A stretch of 64,000 bases of DNA from Flavobacteriales bacterium (GCA_029251005.1 JAQXEE010000130.1:3328-67327), one strand, 5' to 3'. Shown: positions 28,701-39,864, counted from the stretch's first letter. Notes: generated by a model not told the origin, from the sequence alone. A program made the numbers and translations.

Positions 28701-30176
28701 ATGGCGAAGAATTTTACAAGCAGAGAACAGGATTTTTCTAAATGGTATAACGAGTTGGTGATTAAAGCTGACTTAGCACAAAATTCAGATGTAAGAGGTT
28801 GTATGGTTATTAAACCATACGGTTATTCAATCTGGGAAAGTATGCAAGCTGAACTAGATAAAATGTTTAAAGAAACAGGCCATAGTAATGCCTATTTTCC
28901 TTTGTTAATTCCTAAATCATACTTAAGTAAAGAAGCTGAACATGTTGAAGGGTTTGCAAAAGAATGTGCAGTTGTTACTCATTATCGATTAAAAAATGAT
29001 GAAAACGGTGAAGGGCTTGTTGTTGATCCAGAAGCCAAATTGGAGGAAGAGCTTATTATTCGACCAACATCAGAAACTATTATTTGGAATACTTACAGAG
29101 GGTGGATTCAATCTCATAGAGACTTACCGATTTTAATTAATCAGTGGGCCAACGTGATGCGTTGGGAAATGAGAACGCGAATTTTTTTAAGAACTTCGGA
29201 GTTTTTATGGCAAGAAGGTCATACTGCGCACGCTACAGAGCAAGAAGCTGTTGATGAGACAAAACGAATGTTGGATGTATATGCTGATTTTTCGGAGAAT
29301 TATATGGCCGTCCCTGTAATTAAAGGTGTTAAAACAATCAATGAAAGGTTTCCCGGTGCTATTGATACTTATTGTATTGAAGCGTTAATGCAAGATGGGA
29401 AAGCGCTGCAGGCAGGGACATCACACTTTTTGGGTCAAAAGTTCTCAAAAACATTTGATGTTAAGTTTACAGATACAGATGGAAAGCAAAAATTTGTTTG
29501 GGCATCTTCTTGGGGCGTGTCTACTCGGTTAATGGGTGCACTAATAATGAGCCATTCAGATGATGACGGATTAATTGTCCCTCCAAAATTAGCGCCAATA
29601 CAGGTTGTAATTATTCCTATCTATAAAGGAGAGGAGCAATTAGAAGCTATTTCTGAAAAATTAGCACCTGTTATTAAGGAATTAAGAGATAGGGGTGTTA
29701 GGGTTAAATTTGACAATAGAGATAATCAACGTCCAGGTTGGAAATTTGCTCAGTATGAGTTTCAAGGTGTGCCAATCAGATTAGCGTTAGGGAACAGGGA
29801 TCTTGAGTCTGGTAATATTGAAGTAGCAAGACGTGATGAAAAAACAAAGGAGGTAATTTCTTTTGATGGAGTTGTTGATCATGTAGACAATTTATTAGTA
29901 GAGATTCAATCAAACTTATTTAATAAGGCTAAAACTTATCGCGATGATCGGATTACAGCAGTTGACTCTTATGAAGAGTTTAAAAGTGTAATTAATGATA
30001 AAGGTGGTTTCATATCAGCTCATTGGGACGGAACAACTGAAACCGAATTAAGGATAAAAGAAGAAACAGCAGCTACAATTAGATGTATCCCATTAAATAA
30101 TGTTTTAGAGGGGGGTAAATGTATCTTAACAGGTAAGCCATCAATTCAAAGAGTATTGTTTGCAAAGGCGTATTAG
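28701..30176 (+). CDS. proS: proline--tRNA ligase (archaeal/eukaryotic-type)
   Basis: 491 aa; [14 protein letters not shown]..., class II aaRS motifs, C-terminal zinc-binding-type domain. Confidence 0.9.
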   Translation: MAKNFTSREQDFSKWYNELVIKADLAQNSDVRGCMVIKPYGYSIWESMQAELDKMFKETGHSNAYFPLLIPKSYLSKEAEHVEGFAKECAVVTHYRLKNDENGEGLVVDPEAKLEEELIIRPTSETIIWNTYRGWIQSHRDLPILINQWANVMRWEMRTRIFLRTSEFLWQEGHTAHATEQEAVDETKRMLDVYADFSENYMAVPVIKGVKTINERFPGAIDTYCIEALMQDGKALQAGTSHFLGQKFSKTFDVKFTDTDGKQKFVWASSWGVSTRLMGALIMSHSDDDGLIVPPKLAPIQVVIIPIYKGEEQLEAISEKLAPVIKELRDRGVRVKFDNRDNQRPGWKFAQYEFQGVPIRLALGNRDLESGNIEVARRDEKTKEVISFDGVVDHVDNLLVEIQSNLFNKAKTYRDDRITAVDSYEEFKSVINDKGGFISAHWDGTTETELRIKEETAATIRCIPLNNVLEGGKCILTGKPSIQRVLFAKAY

Positions 30177-30300
30177 ATATCAATTTAAATAGCTGAAAAA
30201 CAAGTGTTTAAATTTATATCTAATATTTTATCAATTTTAACTTGTTAGAAAAGAAAAAAGATTATACATTTGCAGTCCTTAAAATAATGAGGAACATTTT

Positions 30301-30372
30301 GGCCCGTTCGTCTAGGGGTTAGGACGCCAGGTTTTCATCCTGGTAACAGGGGTTCGATTCCCCTACGGGCTA
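30301..30372 (+). tRNA. tRNA-Glu (anticodon TTC)
   Basis: Cloverleaf folded by hand: acceptor GGCCCGT/ACGGGCT, anticodon stem GCCAGG/CCTGG with loop TTTTCAT, T-arm AGGGGTTCGATTCCCCT; no encoded CCA. Confidence 0.9.
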
Positions 30373-30384
30373 CTTGGACAATTA

Positions 30385-30408
30385 AAAGAGGTTCGCCTCT
30401 TTTTTTTA
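30385..30408 (+). terminator. rho-independent terminator after tRNA-Glu
   Basis: AGAGGttcgCCTCTtttttttt. Confidence 0.5.
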
Positions 30409-30420
30409 ATTTAAAATATT

Positions 30421-30675
30421 ATGGCAAATAACGCTTCAGCAAAAAAGAGAATTAGACAATCTGAAAAAAGAAAAGAGTCTAATAAGTATTACCATAAAAC
30501 TATGCGTAATGCTATCAGAAATATTAAAGGTATAGAGGATAAAAAAGAAGCTGAAGGAGCTTTAGTTAAAGTTATTTCTTTAATCGATAAAGTTTCAAAA
30601 AGAAATATTATCCACAAGAATAAAGCGTCTAATTTAAAAAGCCAAGTTGCTAAGTCTGTTGCTGCATTAGCTTAA
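30421..30675 (+). CDS. rpsT: 30S ribosomal protein S20
   Basis: MANNASAKKRIRQSEKRKESNKYYHKTMRNAIRN... typical bS20. Confidence 0.9.
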   Translation: MANNASAKKRIRQSEKRKESNKYYHKTMRNAIRNIKGIEDKKEAEGALVKVISLIDKVSKRNIIHKNKASNLKSQVAKSVAALA

Positions 30676-30697
30676 GAATTTATAAAACAAATTTATT

Positions 30698-30728
30698 AAA
30701 AGGTTATCCGTTTTGGATAACCTTTTCT
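30698..30728 (+). terminator. rho-independent terminator after rpsT
   Basis: GGTTATCCgtttGGATAACC followed by TTTTCTGTTTT. Confidence 0.55.
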
Positions 30729-30791
30729 GTTTTCAACCATTTTAAACTTAAATTGTAAATTACTTCGTCTTAATGCTTTTAGTTTTGTTGT

Positions 30792-31478
30792 ATGGAAATA
30801 AGTAATACTATTAAAAACTGGAATTTAGATGATCGTCCTCGTGAGAAGTTAATAAATAAAGGTGCTTCAGTTTTAAGTAATGCGGAACTTATGGCTATTA
30901 TTTTAGGAAGTGGAAGTAGAAGTGAATCAGCAGTTGGCTTAGCGAAAAGAATTTTGCAGAAAGCAGATAACAATTTTGCTAAGTTAAGTAGAATGCAGAT
31001 TGAAGACTTTAAACAGTTTAAAGGGGTTGGGGAAGCTAAAGCGGTGAGTTTATCGGCAACGTTTGAATTTGCACGACGAAGAAAAGAAGAAGTTGATGTG
31101 GTGACTAAGATTGGATCTAGTTCGGATATTTTTAAAGAAATGAGTTCAAATCTATCGGATTTGAATCATGAAGAGTTTTGGGTTGTTTTTTTAAATAGAG
31201 GAAATCGGATTATCAAAAAAGAACGAATTAGTTCTGGAGGAATAACAGGAACAGTAGTAGATAATAAGATAATCCTAAAAAAAGCATTACTTCATTTAGC
31301 TTCATCTGTTATTTTAGTCCATAACCATCCATCGGGAAATTTAAAACCAAGTCCACAAGACCATAAAGTGACTCAAAAGATCAAATCAGCATGCGAATTG
31401 TTAGAAATTAATTTGTTAGATCACCTTATTATAGCAGGAAATTCTTATTATAGCTTTGCAGACGAATTAGATCTTTAA
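30792..31478 (+). CDS. radC: RadC-like JAB/MPN domain protein (UPF0758)
   Basis: N-terminal HhH region plus HNHPSG JAMM motif. Confidence 0.8.
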   Translation: MEISNTIKNWNLDDRPREKLINKGASVLSNAELMAIILGSGSRSESAVGLAKRILQKADNNFAKLSRMQIEDFKQFKGVGEAKAVSLSATFEFARRRKEEVDVVTKIGSSSDIFKEMSSNLSDLNHEEFWVVFLNRGNRIIKKERISSGGITGTVVDNKIILKKALLHLASSVILVHNHPSGNLKPSPQDHKVTQKIKSACELLEINLLDHLIIAGNSYYSFADELDL

Positions 31479-32584
31479 TGAAGAAAATTTTGACGGTTAT
31501 CGGACCACGTCCTCAAGTTATAAAATCAGCTGCGATAACGAGAGTTGTGCGTGATGTTTTTAGAGGAGAACTTGAAGAAGTAGTTGTGCATACAGGTCAG
31601 CATTTCGATGCCAATATGAGTAGCGACTTTTATGCTGAAATGTTTTTACCAATTCCAAGGTATCAATTTGAAGTTAACCCTTCAGAACCACTGCCAATTA
31701 ATCAAATGATTCAAAATATTCAGGTCGCTGTTATGAAAGAATCTCCTGATGCATTAGTTGTTTATGGAGATACTAATTCTACATTAGCGGGTACAATTTC
31801 TGCCCTAATTGAAGATATTCCGTTAATCCATGTTGAAGCAGGAATGCGATCGTTTAATATGTTAATGCCTGAGGAAGGTAATCGAATATTAACAGATCAT
31901 TCGAGTGATTTATTATTTTCTCCTACGAAGATTGGTGTATTAAACTTAAAGAAGGAAAAAATAAACTTAGATAAGGTGAAGTACTGTGGAGATGTGATGT
32001 TTGACAACAGCTTGTTTTACGAAGCGAAAGCACGCCAACAATCAACTATCTTAACAAGGTATAATTTAAAACACAATGAGTTTAATTTATTTACGTGTCA
32101 TAGAGGTAGTAATACTGACGATGCTGTAAAGTTAAGAGCTATTCTTGAAGGAGTTATAGAAATTAAACTTAAATCAGGGAATGAGATTGTATTCCCGATG
32201 CATCCAAGGACTGAAAAGATGATTATAACGTTTTTTGGATCGTATTATTTAGACCAATTAAAATCTAAAATTTTAGTAATACAACCTGCATCTTATTTAG
32301 ATATAATAATGTTAGAGTGTAATTCTAATATTGTGATTACTGATTCTGGTGGTATTCAAAAGGAGGCTTATTTTTTTAAGAAAAAGTCATTGATTTTGAG
32401 GGAGGAAACAGAGTGGGGTGAAATCCTGGATAATAAAGCTGCTATTTTATTCAAATCAAATGAAGGTTCTTTGATTCAGGCATATGAAAAAGTATTAAAA
32501 CTTAGTCCTAATTTTAAGGATATATATGGAGATGGTAAGGCGGGAGAATTTATTTGTAATGAGATTTTAGAGTTGTTAAAATGA
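31478..32584 (+). CDS. wecB: UDP-N-acetylglucosamine 2-epimerase (non-hydrolysing)
   Basis: MKKILTVIGPRPQVIKSAAI...HTGQHFD... canonical WecB. Confidence 0.85.
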   Translation: MKKILTVIGPRPQVIKSAAITRVVRDVFRGELEEVVVHTGQHFDANMSSDFYAEMFLPIPRYQFEVNPSEPLPINQMIQNIQVAVMKESPDALVVYGDTNSTLAGTISALIEDIPLIHVEAGMRSFNMLMPEEGNRILTDHSSDLLFSPTKIGVLNLKKEKINLDKVKYCGDVMFDNSLFYEAKARQQSTILTRYNLKHNEFNLFTCHRGSNTDDAVKLRAILEGVIEIKLKSGNEIVFPMHPRTEKMIITFFGSYYLDQLKSKILVIQPASYLDIIMLECNSNIVITDSGGIQKEAYFFKKKSLILREETEWGEILDNKAAILFKSNEGSLIQAYEKVLKLSPNFKDIYGDGKAGEFICNEILELLK

Positions 32585-33885
32585 TATATGTTTTTACCCA
32601 TAAAATAACAAGCAGAGTTAAATATGCATTTAATCTTGTCTTTAGAGATGTAATGCAAACAGACTATAAGTTAATTTCTGATCGAAAGGAATTTGAGGTT
32701 TTGGAAGGTGTGAAGATTGCTTACACTATTAATCCTATTGATAATGCTTTTTTTATAAGGAGTAAGCCTCTTTTGTTTGAAAATGGAATAAGTGATCAGG
32801 AGATTAACGTTATGCCATTTGATCGAACAAAAGCCTTTTTTGGGGTAGGCGGTAATAGTATGTTTCCCTTTGATGTATTTGCGGCTTCATTTTATTTGGC
32901 GGCGCGATATGAAGAGTATTTACCGCATAAGAAAGATTTATACAATCGGTTTGATGCACCGCAAAGTTTAGCCTTCAACGAAGGGGTTTTACATCAGCCT
33001 GTCATTAATATTTGGATTTCAAAATTCGCGGATTTTTTAAAGGAGCTCTATCCCTTATTTACTATGCCCGAGCGGGAGTATAAGTTTATCACCACGATTG
33101 ATGTAGATAACGCTTATGCTTATTTGGAAAAAGGATTTGTACGGTCGTTAATGGGCTACAGTAAATCTATTTTAACATTGGATTTTAAAAGTTTTAAAAA
33201 TAGAACTAAAACTCTTTTGGGGTTACAAAAAGATCCGTACGACACATTTGAATATCAAGAAAACTTGGTTAAGAATCAAAACTTAACCTTTATTTACTTC
33301 TTTCTTTTGGGAGATTATGGAATGAATGATAAAAATATTCCAGTAAGTAGTAGGAGATTTCAATCGTTAATTAAATCAATTTCCGATCATTCAAAGATTG
33401 GAATTCACCCCTCTTTTGCTTCAAATTATAACTTCAAACAACTGGAAAAGGAAGTGACTCGACTGAGTAATGTAATAAATCGAGAGATTTGGAGAAGTCG
33501 TCAACACTTTTTAAAGTTACTACTGCCCGATACATATCGTAATTTGATAGAATTGGACATTACGGATGATTTTACAATGGGGTACGCTTCTAACTATGGT
33601 TTTAGAGCAGGTTTGTGTACACCGTTTTATTTTTATGATTTGGATTTGGAAGTTGAAACAAACTTAAAGATTCATCCTTTTGCAATTATGGAGGGGACTT
33701 TAAAATATTACATGGAAATAGAACCGGAAGCTGCAATTCCTCATTTCAAACGATTGATTGATGAGGTTAGGATGGTAAATGGGGAGTTTATTTCGCTTTG
33801 GCATAATGACAGTTTGAATAACAGCGATTTATGGAAAGGATGGAAAGCTGTTTTTGAAGAGATGATTGCATACGGTAAAGAATGA
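32581..33885 (+). CDS. hypothetical 434-aa protein, possibly polysaccharide-deacetylase-like; overlaps wecB stop by 4 nt
   Basis: ORF with ATGA coupling to wecB; weak resemblance (ITTIDVDN, HPSF) to carbohydrate esterase folds; not verifiable here. Confidence 0.4.
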   Translation: MIYVFTHKITSRVKYAFNLVFRDVMQTDYKLISDRKEFEVLEGVKIAYTINPIDNAFFIRSKPLLFENGISDQEINVMPFDRTKAFFGVGGNSMFPFDVFAASFYLAARYEEYLPHKKDLYNRFDAPQSLAFNEGVLHQPVINIWISKFADFLKELYPLFTMPEREYKFITTIDVDNAYAYLEKGFVRSLMGYSKSILTLDFKSFKNRTKTLLGLQKDPYDTFEYQENLVKNQNLTFIYFFLLGDYGMNDKNIPVSSRRFQSLIKSISDHSKIGIHPSFASNYNFKQLEKEVTRLSNVINREIWRSRQHFLKLLLPDTYRNLIELDITDDFTMGYASNYGFRAGLCTPFYFYDLDLEVETNLKIHPFAIMEGTLKYYMEIEPEAAIPHFKRLIDEVRMVNGEFISLWHNDSLNNSDLWKGWKAVFEEMIAYGKE

Positions 33886-34769
33886 AATTATTAAAAAAGG
33901 CAGATATTGATATTGAGAAATGGAATGCTTGTATTACAAGTTCCGATAATCCTTTAGTATATGGCTTGATAGCTTACTTGGATATCGTGGCAAAAGATTG
34001 GCAGGGGTTAGTTTGGGAGGATAACGAACAATATATGGCTGTTTTCCCTTTGCCTATTCGAGTTAAGTATGGATTAGAATATATTTATCCACCATTTTTT
34101 ATTCAGCAGCTAGGACTTTTCACAAGAGGAAATAATCGTGATGAATTAGAGAAAGAGGCTTTTGATTTTTTAAATGGGAAAATAAATTTTATTGAACTTT
34201 ATGTTAAAGGTAAAGGTGTACTAGGGACAAAACGAAGGAATTGTACTCTTTTATTAAACAAATCTTATGATTCTTTAAGGTTGAATTATTCTTCCAATCA
34301 TAAAAGAAATTTAAAAAAAGCACACAAGTCAAATCTTACGGTTGATTGCAATGTTAATATAAGTCAAATCATAAATTTATTTAGATTGGATAAAGGAGCC
34401 CATCTTGATACATTACAAAATCAAGATTATGAAAATTTACAAAGTATAGCAATTGGACTAGAATCAGATTGCTATGGAGTTTATAGTGACGGAAAGCTTA
34501 TTTGTGGTGGATTATTTCTGAAATTTAAAGACCGAATAACATTTTTGTTTTCGGGTAACACAGTTGAAGGGAAAGATAAAGGGGCATTGTTTTTTTTATT
34601 AGATTATTTAATATCTATTAATGCCAATAAACAAATGGTTTTTGATTTTGAAGGAAGTGAAAATGATGGTTTGCGAAGGTTCTACCTTGGCTTTGGAGCA
34701 GAGCTTGAAATTTATAGATTTATTAAAGTGAATAACCTAAAATTCCCATTCTCATTATTCAAGAAATAA
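33882..34769 (+). CDS. hypothetical protein with probable GNAT/FemAB-like acyltransferase fold
   Basis: 295 aa; coupled (ATGA overlap) to the upstream gene; pattern ...GGLFLKFKDRITFLFSG...FDFEGS... resembles peptidoglycan-bridge FemAB-type GNAT proteins. Confidence 0.35.
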   Translation: MKLLKKADIDIEKWNACITSSDNPLVYGLIAYLDIVAKDWQGLVWEDNEQYMAVFPLPIRVKYGLEYIYPPFFIQQLGLFTRGNNRDELEKEAFDFLNGKINFIELYVKGKGVLGTKRRNCTLLLNKSYDSLRLNYSSNHKRNLKKAHKSNLTVDCNVNISQIINLFRLDKGAHLDTLQNQDYENLQSIAIGLESDCYGVYSDGKLICGGLFLKFKDRITFLFSGNTVEGKDKGALFFLLDYLISINANKQMVFDFEGSENDGLRRFYLGFGAELEIYRFIKVNNLKFPFSLFKK

Positions 34770-34870
34770 GACCCTTCTATTGATCATTGTTTTGTTAATA
34801 CAAAACCTTTAAAAGTATCGCATAATTAACATTTCATTCTTAAACTTGCACATTAGTAAAAAGAGAGAAT

Positions 34871-36937
34871 ATGTCCATGAAATTACCTTCAAAATGGATT
34901 AACCGAGAAATTAGTTGGTTAAGTTTTAATGAAAGAGTTTTACAAGAAGCTGAAGACGCTACGAACCCTACTATTGAACGATTAAAATTCTTAGGAATTT
35001 TCTCTAATAATAGAGATGAGTTTTTTAGGGTTAGAGTTGCAAATATCAAAAAAGTAGCAGAAATAAAAGGGAACGCTAAGCTTTCGTCTGGTGAAAATCC
35101 AAAGGTTATTCTTGATAAAATATTAAAGCAGGTTTTAAAACAACAGGTTCGATTTGACAAGGCATATAAAAATCTTATCAATGAGTTGAAAAAGGAGAAT
35201 ATCTTCTTTGTTAATGAATTTCAAATTGCTGGTGAACAACAACAATTTACCAAAGATTATTTTTCAGATAAAGTAAGAACTAATTTAGTTCCTATTTTAA
35301 TTGATAAAAAGAAGCCTTTTCCATTTATGAAAGATGCTTCGACTTATATGTGCATTAAAATGTACAATAAGGAGAAGAGGAATACTAAGATAGAATACGC
35401 CTTATTAGAAATTCCTTCTGAGAGGGTAAATAGAATTGTTATTCTTCCTAGTATCGAAAAAAAGAAGTATTTGATGATGTTAGATGACATTATCCGATAC
35501 AATCTCCCATCGGTGTTTTCGATTTTTAATTATGATACAATTGAAGGTTATAATATTAAATTAACTAGAGATGCTGGTCTTGAAATAGATGAAGATTTAT
35601 CTAAAAGTATTGTTGATAAATTAACACAAAGCGTAAAAGACAGAAAGGTAGGTGAGTTAGTTCGTTTTGTTTATGACGGAGATATGCCTGAAGACATGAA
35701 GGCTCTAATTGTTAAGAAGATGAAGCTTCAAAAGAGTGATAACTTAATACCAGGAGGTCGTTATCATAACTTTAAAGATTTTATAGCGTTCCCTGAAATA
35801 GGCTCTGCCAAATTGCTTAATCCAAGTTTGCCTGCTTTGCCTCAAAAAGATTTAGAGGGAGTGTCGAGTATTATGGATGTGATAAATAAAAAGGATGTAG
35901 TGTGTTTTTATCCTTTTCAGAAGTTTGATTATGTAATTGATTTCTTACGTCAAGCTGCTATTGATCCTAATGTTACGACCATTAAGATTAATATTTATAG
36001 AGTTGCTAGTAATTCAAGAATTATAAATGCATTAATTAATGCTGTTAAAAACGGAAAAGATGTTACTGTATTAATTGAATTGCGGGCAAGATTTGATGAG
36101 CAAAACAACATTAAGTGGAGTAAGGTTTTAGAAGACGAAGGAGTGAAGGTTCATTTTGGTTTACCTGGATTGAAAATTCACAGTAAATTAATTTTGGTAA
36201 AGCGATTGGAAGGTCGATCGGAAAAAAAATATGTGCATGTTGGTACAGGGAACTTTCATGAAATGACAGCTAAAATTTACTCTGACGCTTCATTGTTAAC
36301 TTCGGATAAAAGAATTACGAATGACATTGAGAAGGTATTTGAATTAATAGAACGTCCTTACATTAATAAGCGATTTACAAATATTATTATTTCACCTTAC
36401 AATACGAGATCTAGGTTTTCAGCCTTGATTCAAGGCGAAATTAAAAATGCTAAAAAAGGATTAAAAGCTAAGATTATTATAAAATTAAACAACTTTAATG
36501 ATCCCGAATTAATCAATAAGCTTTACGAGGCTTCTTGTGAGGGAGTTGAGATTAAGTTGATTATCAGAGGTATTTGTACTTTGGTGCCTGGAGTAAAAGA
36601 TTTAAGTGAAAACATAGAAGTAATTAGTATAATCGATCGTTATTTAGAACACATTAGAATGTTTAATTTTCATAACGCTGGAGACGAATTGTTTTTTATT
36701 GGTTCAGCCGATTGGTTGGGTAGAAACTTAGATAAAAGAGTTGAGGTAACTACTCCGATTTATGATAAGGACATTAAAACTCAAATGAGAGAGTTTTTAG
36801 GTTTGCAATTAAAGGATAATGTAAAGGCTAGGATAATTGATGAGAAAGGACGGAACAAATACGTTCTCAAAAAGACAAAGAAAATACGTTCTCAAATTGC
36901 CCAGTATGATTACTTCAAATCATTATTGGATACCTAA
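34871..36937 (+). CDS. ppk1: polyphosphate kinase 1
   Basis: 688 aa; N-terminal WINREISWLSFNERVLQEA...; two PLD-like HKD motifs in the C-terminal half, typical of PPK1. Confidence 0.9.
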   Translation: MSMKLPSKWINREISWLSFNERVLQEAEDATNPTIERLKFLGIFSNNRDEFFRVRVANIKKVAEIKGNAKLSSGENPKVILDKILKQVLKQQVRFDKAYKNLINELKKENIFFVNEFQIAGEQQQFTKDYFSDKVRTNLVPILIDKKKPFPFMKDASTYMCIKMYNKEKRNTKIEYALLEIPSERVNRIVILPSIEKKKYLMMLDDIIRYNLPSVFSIFNYDTIEGYNIKLTRDAGLEIDEDLSKSIVDKLTQSVKDRKVGELVRFVYDGDMPEDMKALIVKKMKLQKSDNLIPGGRYHNFKDFIAFPEIGSAKLLNPSLPALPQKDLEGVSSIMDVINKKDVVCFYPFQKFDYVIDFLRQAAIDPNVTTIKINIYRVASNSRIINALINAVKNGKDVTVLIELRARFDEQNNIKWSKVLEDEGVKVHFGLPGLKIHSKLILVKRLEGRSEKKYVHVGTGNFHEMTAKIYSDASLLTSDKRITNDIEKVFELIERPYINKRFTNIIISPYNTRSRFSALIQGEIKNAKKGLKAKIIIKLNNFNDPELINKLYEASCEGVEIKLIIRGICTLVPGVKDLSENIEVISIIDRYLEHIRMFNFHNAGDELFFIGSADWLGRNLDKRVEVTTPIYDKDIKTQMREFLGLQLKDNVKARIIDEKGRNKYVLKKTKKIRSQIAQYDYFKSLLDT

Positions 36938-38004
36938 TGCTCAAAAAAATTATTAGTTGGACTTTATTAATTTTTATTCCGGTTACTTTTATAATTGGAA
37001 TAATCGCAGTTGTGGAACTATACTGCGGATATTCTTATTTTAAATATCGAGATACCCTAAAAAATGAACTAAATGCGATTCGTTTGAGGGAGCCTTTTCA
37101 TAATCAAAATAATTCAGCTCTTCACCATGGTGAAGAGGTGCTTTTTAGAACTGACTCAGAGGGTTATATTCTGCCATATAGAAACATAGACTCTTCTAGT
37201 CATACAATAGCTTTTATAGGAGGTTCAACAACAGAATGTCGCCTCGTTAATGAGAATATAAGAGTTCATAGGTCTGTTGAGCGTATTTTAAACGCTAAAG
37301 GAAATCGAGTTACCTGTTTAAATATCGGGAACAGTGGAAATCATTCGATGCATTCGCTAAATATTTTAGCGAATAAAGTAATGAAATATAGCCCTGAGGT
37401 TGTTGTTGTGAATCATAATGTGAACGATTTAAGTGTTTTATTAAATACAGGAACCTATTTTAATAAGCATCCGCAACGTTCGTTGTTACTAGAGAATACG
37501 GAAAGCTTGTATGCGTATAAGGTTGGTTTACCTAAAAACAAATTTGTAAGGAATTTCATTCCCTATATCTCATTAGTTCTACTACCAACTACTTTTGATG
37601 GTGAACATTTAATTGAGCAAGATGAGTTTCCTTCTGGGCCAGTTAGTTTTGATTTAACAAAACAGTTTTTAAAAAATGAGTTTAAAAAAAGTATCACAGG
37701 TCTTATCGCTTACGCAAAGGCTTGGCAAGTAAAGCCAATATTAATGACGCAAGGGAGTTGCTTTTCGTACGGTATAAAAAATATCGATAGATATGATGGT
37801 TATGATTTACTATTGTTACATCAAGAGTTTAATAAAGTAATAAGAGAGGTGGCTATAAGTGAAGCGGTTGAGTTAGTAGATGCTGAACTTTTAATGAAAG
37901 GCAACAAATCTTATTTTTTTGATTCCGTTCACTACACCGATTCAGGTTCTGTTTTTATATCGAAATATATTTCTAATCGTATTCAAAAATTAATTGACAA
38001 TTGA
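36937..38004 (+). CDS. membrane-anchored SGNH/GDSL-like hydrolase family protein (hypothetical)
   Basis: N-terminal TM; IAFIGGSTTE block resembles SGNH block I; start overlaps the ppk1 stop (TAATG). Confidence 0.45.
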   Translation: MLKKIISWTLLIFIPVTFIIGIIAVVELYCGYSYFKYRDTLKNELNAIRLREPFHNQNNSALHHGEEVLFRTDSEGYILPYRNIDSSSHTIAFIGGSTTECRLVNENIRVHRSVERILNAKGNRVTCLNIGNSGNHSMHSLNILANKVMKYSPEVVVVNHNVNDLSVLLNTGTYFNKHPQRSLLLENTESLYAYKVGLPKNKFVRNFIPYISLVLLPTTFDGEHLIEQDEFPSGPVSFDLTKQFLKNEFKKSITGLIAYAKAWQVKPILMTQGSCFSYGIKNIDRYDGYDLLLLHQEFNKVIREVAISEAVELVDAELLMKGNKSYFFDSVHYTDSGSVFISKYISNRIQKLIDN

Positions 38005-39860
38005 AGGTATTAGGAATATCTGCACTTTATCACGATTCGGCGGCTTCAATCGTAGTTAATGGCGAAATAATTGCAGCGGCTCAAGAAGAGCGATTTACAA
38101 GGGTGAAACAAGATGCCTCATTTCCGGTAAATGCAATTCAGTTTTGTTTGGCTGAAGCGGGAATTCAATTGAGTGAATTGGATGCTGTAGTATTTTATGA
38201 TAAGCCTTTATTGAAGTTTGAACGTTTATTAGAGACTTACTTCTTTTATGCTCCAAAAGGGATACTTTCTTTTGTGAAGTCAATGCCAGTATGGATTAAT
38301 GAGAAAATGTTTTTTAAAAAGCTACTTAAACAATCATTTAAAAAAATCGGAGAATTAGATTGGAATAAAACTAAATTATTGTTTCCTGAACATCATTTGT
38401 CACACGCTGCAAGTGCTTTTTTTCCTTCTCGGTTTGATGAGTCTGCAATTTTAACAATTGATGGAGTAGGAGAGTGGGCAACCGTGTCTATATCTAAAGG
38501 AAGTGGTAACGAGATTAAAGTTCTAAAAGAAATTAATTTCCCAAATTCCCTAGGATTACTTTATTCTTCTTTTACTTATTTTTTAGGGTTTAAGGTAAAT
38601 AGTGGAGAGTATAAGTTGATGGGGATGGCTCCTTATGGCAATTTGAATAGTAAGGAAGTTGATAATTTCATATCAATTATAAAAAGAGAATTAATAACGC
38701 TTTTTCCTGATGGATCATTTAGATTAAATCAGCGTTACTTTAATTATGCTACGGGTTTAAGAATGGTTAAAGATAAGAAGTGGCAGAAGTTGTTTGGAAT
38801 TGAAAAAAGAAGAGCAGAATCTATAATTTCTCAACAGCATTGTAATTTAGCAATAGCAATACAAAAAGTGACAGAAGAGGTTGTTTTACTTTTAGCAAAA
38901 GAGGCTAAAAGGTTAACGGGGCTTGATAGTATATGTCTTGCAGGAGGAGTAGCTTTAAACTGCGTTTCTAATGGAGTGTTACAAAGGTCTGGTATATTTT
39001 CTGAAATGTATATTCAACCAGCTTCAGGTGACGCAGGTGGAGCATTAGGTGCAGCTTTAGCAGGGTATTATATTTACTTTAAGAAAGATCGGTCTGTTGC
39101 TACAGTTAAATATGATTTGATGAAGGGCTCTTTTTTAGGTCCATCTTTTTCGAATAAAGAAGTTAGAGATGAGCTGATTAAGAGGAAAGCTGTATTTGCG
39201 GAGTATGAAGACGTTGAATCTTTATTGAGAGAAACAGCGAAACTAATTGATAAAGGGAATGTCATTGGATGGTTTCAAGGAAAGATGGAGTTTGGACCAA
39301 GAGCTTTAGGTAATCGTAGTATTATTGGTGACCCTCGGAATATGGAAATGCAGCGAAAAATTAATTTGAAAATTAAATATAGAGAAGGTTTTAGACCGTT
39401 TGCACCTTCTGTTTTAGAGGAAGATGTCTCAAATTTTTTCGATTATAAAGGGTCGTCTCCATATATGTTAGAAGTACATTCTTTAAAATCTGAACATAAA
39501 GTTGCCTCCAATTTAATTTCTGGTTTTACGACATTAAAAGAGAGGTTGGATAGTAAAGAATGCACTTTCCCGGCTACAACGCATGTTGATGATTCAGCAA
39601 GGATTCAAACGGTATCCAAAGATACAAACCAACGGTATTGGAGGCTTATAAACGCATTTAAGTCTTTAACTGGTTGTCCTATGGTGGTTAATACTAGCTT
39701 CAATGTTAGAGGAGAGCCAATGGTTTCTAAACCTTTTGATGCATACCGTTGTTTTATGGAAACTGAAATGGATGTATTAGTGATAGGAGACTTTTTAATG
39801 CATAAAGATGGCCAACCTGAATGGAAGTCTTTGAATTCTAAAAAGTTTAAATTAGATTAG
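38001..39860 (+). CDS. carbamoyltransferase (NodU/CmcH family)
   Basis: MKVLGISALYHDSAASIVVNGEIIAAAQEERFTRVK... is the hallmark N-terminus; 619 aa; TTG start overlapping the upstream stop. Confidence 0.85.
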   Translation: MKVLGISALYHDSAASIVVNGEIIAAAQEERFTRVKQDASFPVNAIQFCLAEAGIQLSELDAVVFYDKPLLKFERLLETYFFYAPKGILSFVKSMPVWINEKMFFKKLLKQSFKKIGELDWNKTKLLFPEHHLSHAASAFFPSRFDESAILTIDGVGEWATVSISKGSGNEIKVLKEINFPNSLGLLYSSFTYFLGFKVNSGEYKLMGMAPYGNLNSKEVDNFISIIKRELITLFPDGSFRLNQRYFNYATGLRMVKDKKWQKLFGIEKRRAESIISQQHCNLAIAIQKVTEEVVLLLAKEAKRLTGLDSICLAGGVALNCVSNGVLQRSGIFSEMYIQPASGDAGGALGAALAGYYIYFKKDRSVATVKYDLMKGSFLGPSFSNKEVRDELIKRKAVFAEYEDVESLLRETAKLIDKGNVIGWFQGKMEFGPRALGNRSIIGDPRNMEMQRKINLKIKYREGFRPFAPSVLEEDVSNFFDYKGSSPYMLEVHSLKSEHKVASNLISGFTTLKERLDSKECTFPATTHVDDSARIQTVSKDTNQRYWRLINAFKSLTGCPMVVNTSFNVRGEPMVSKPFDAYRCFMETEMDVLVIGDFLMHKDGQPEWKSLNSKKFKLD

Positions 39861-39864
39861 ATAT

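Noticed and set aside
30301-30372. tRNA-Glu as an integration hotspot or island boundary
   Set aside because: No integrase, direct repeat of the tRNA 3' end, or compositional shift is visible nearby. The flanking genes (proS, rpsT, radC) are core.
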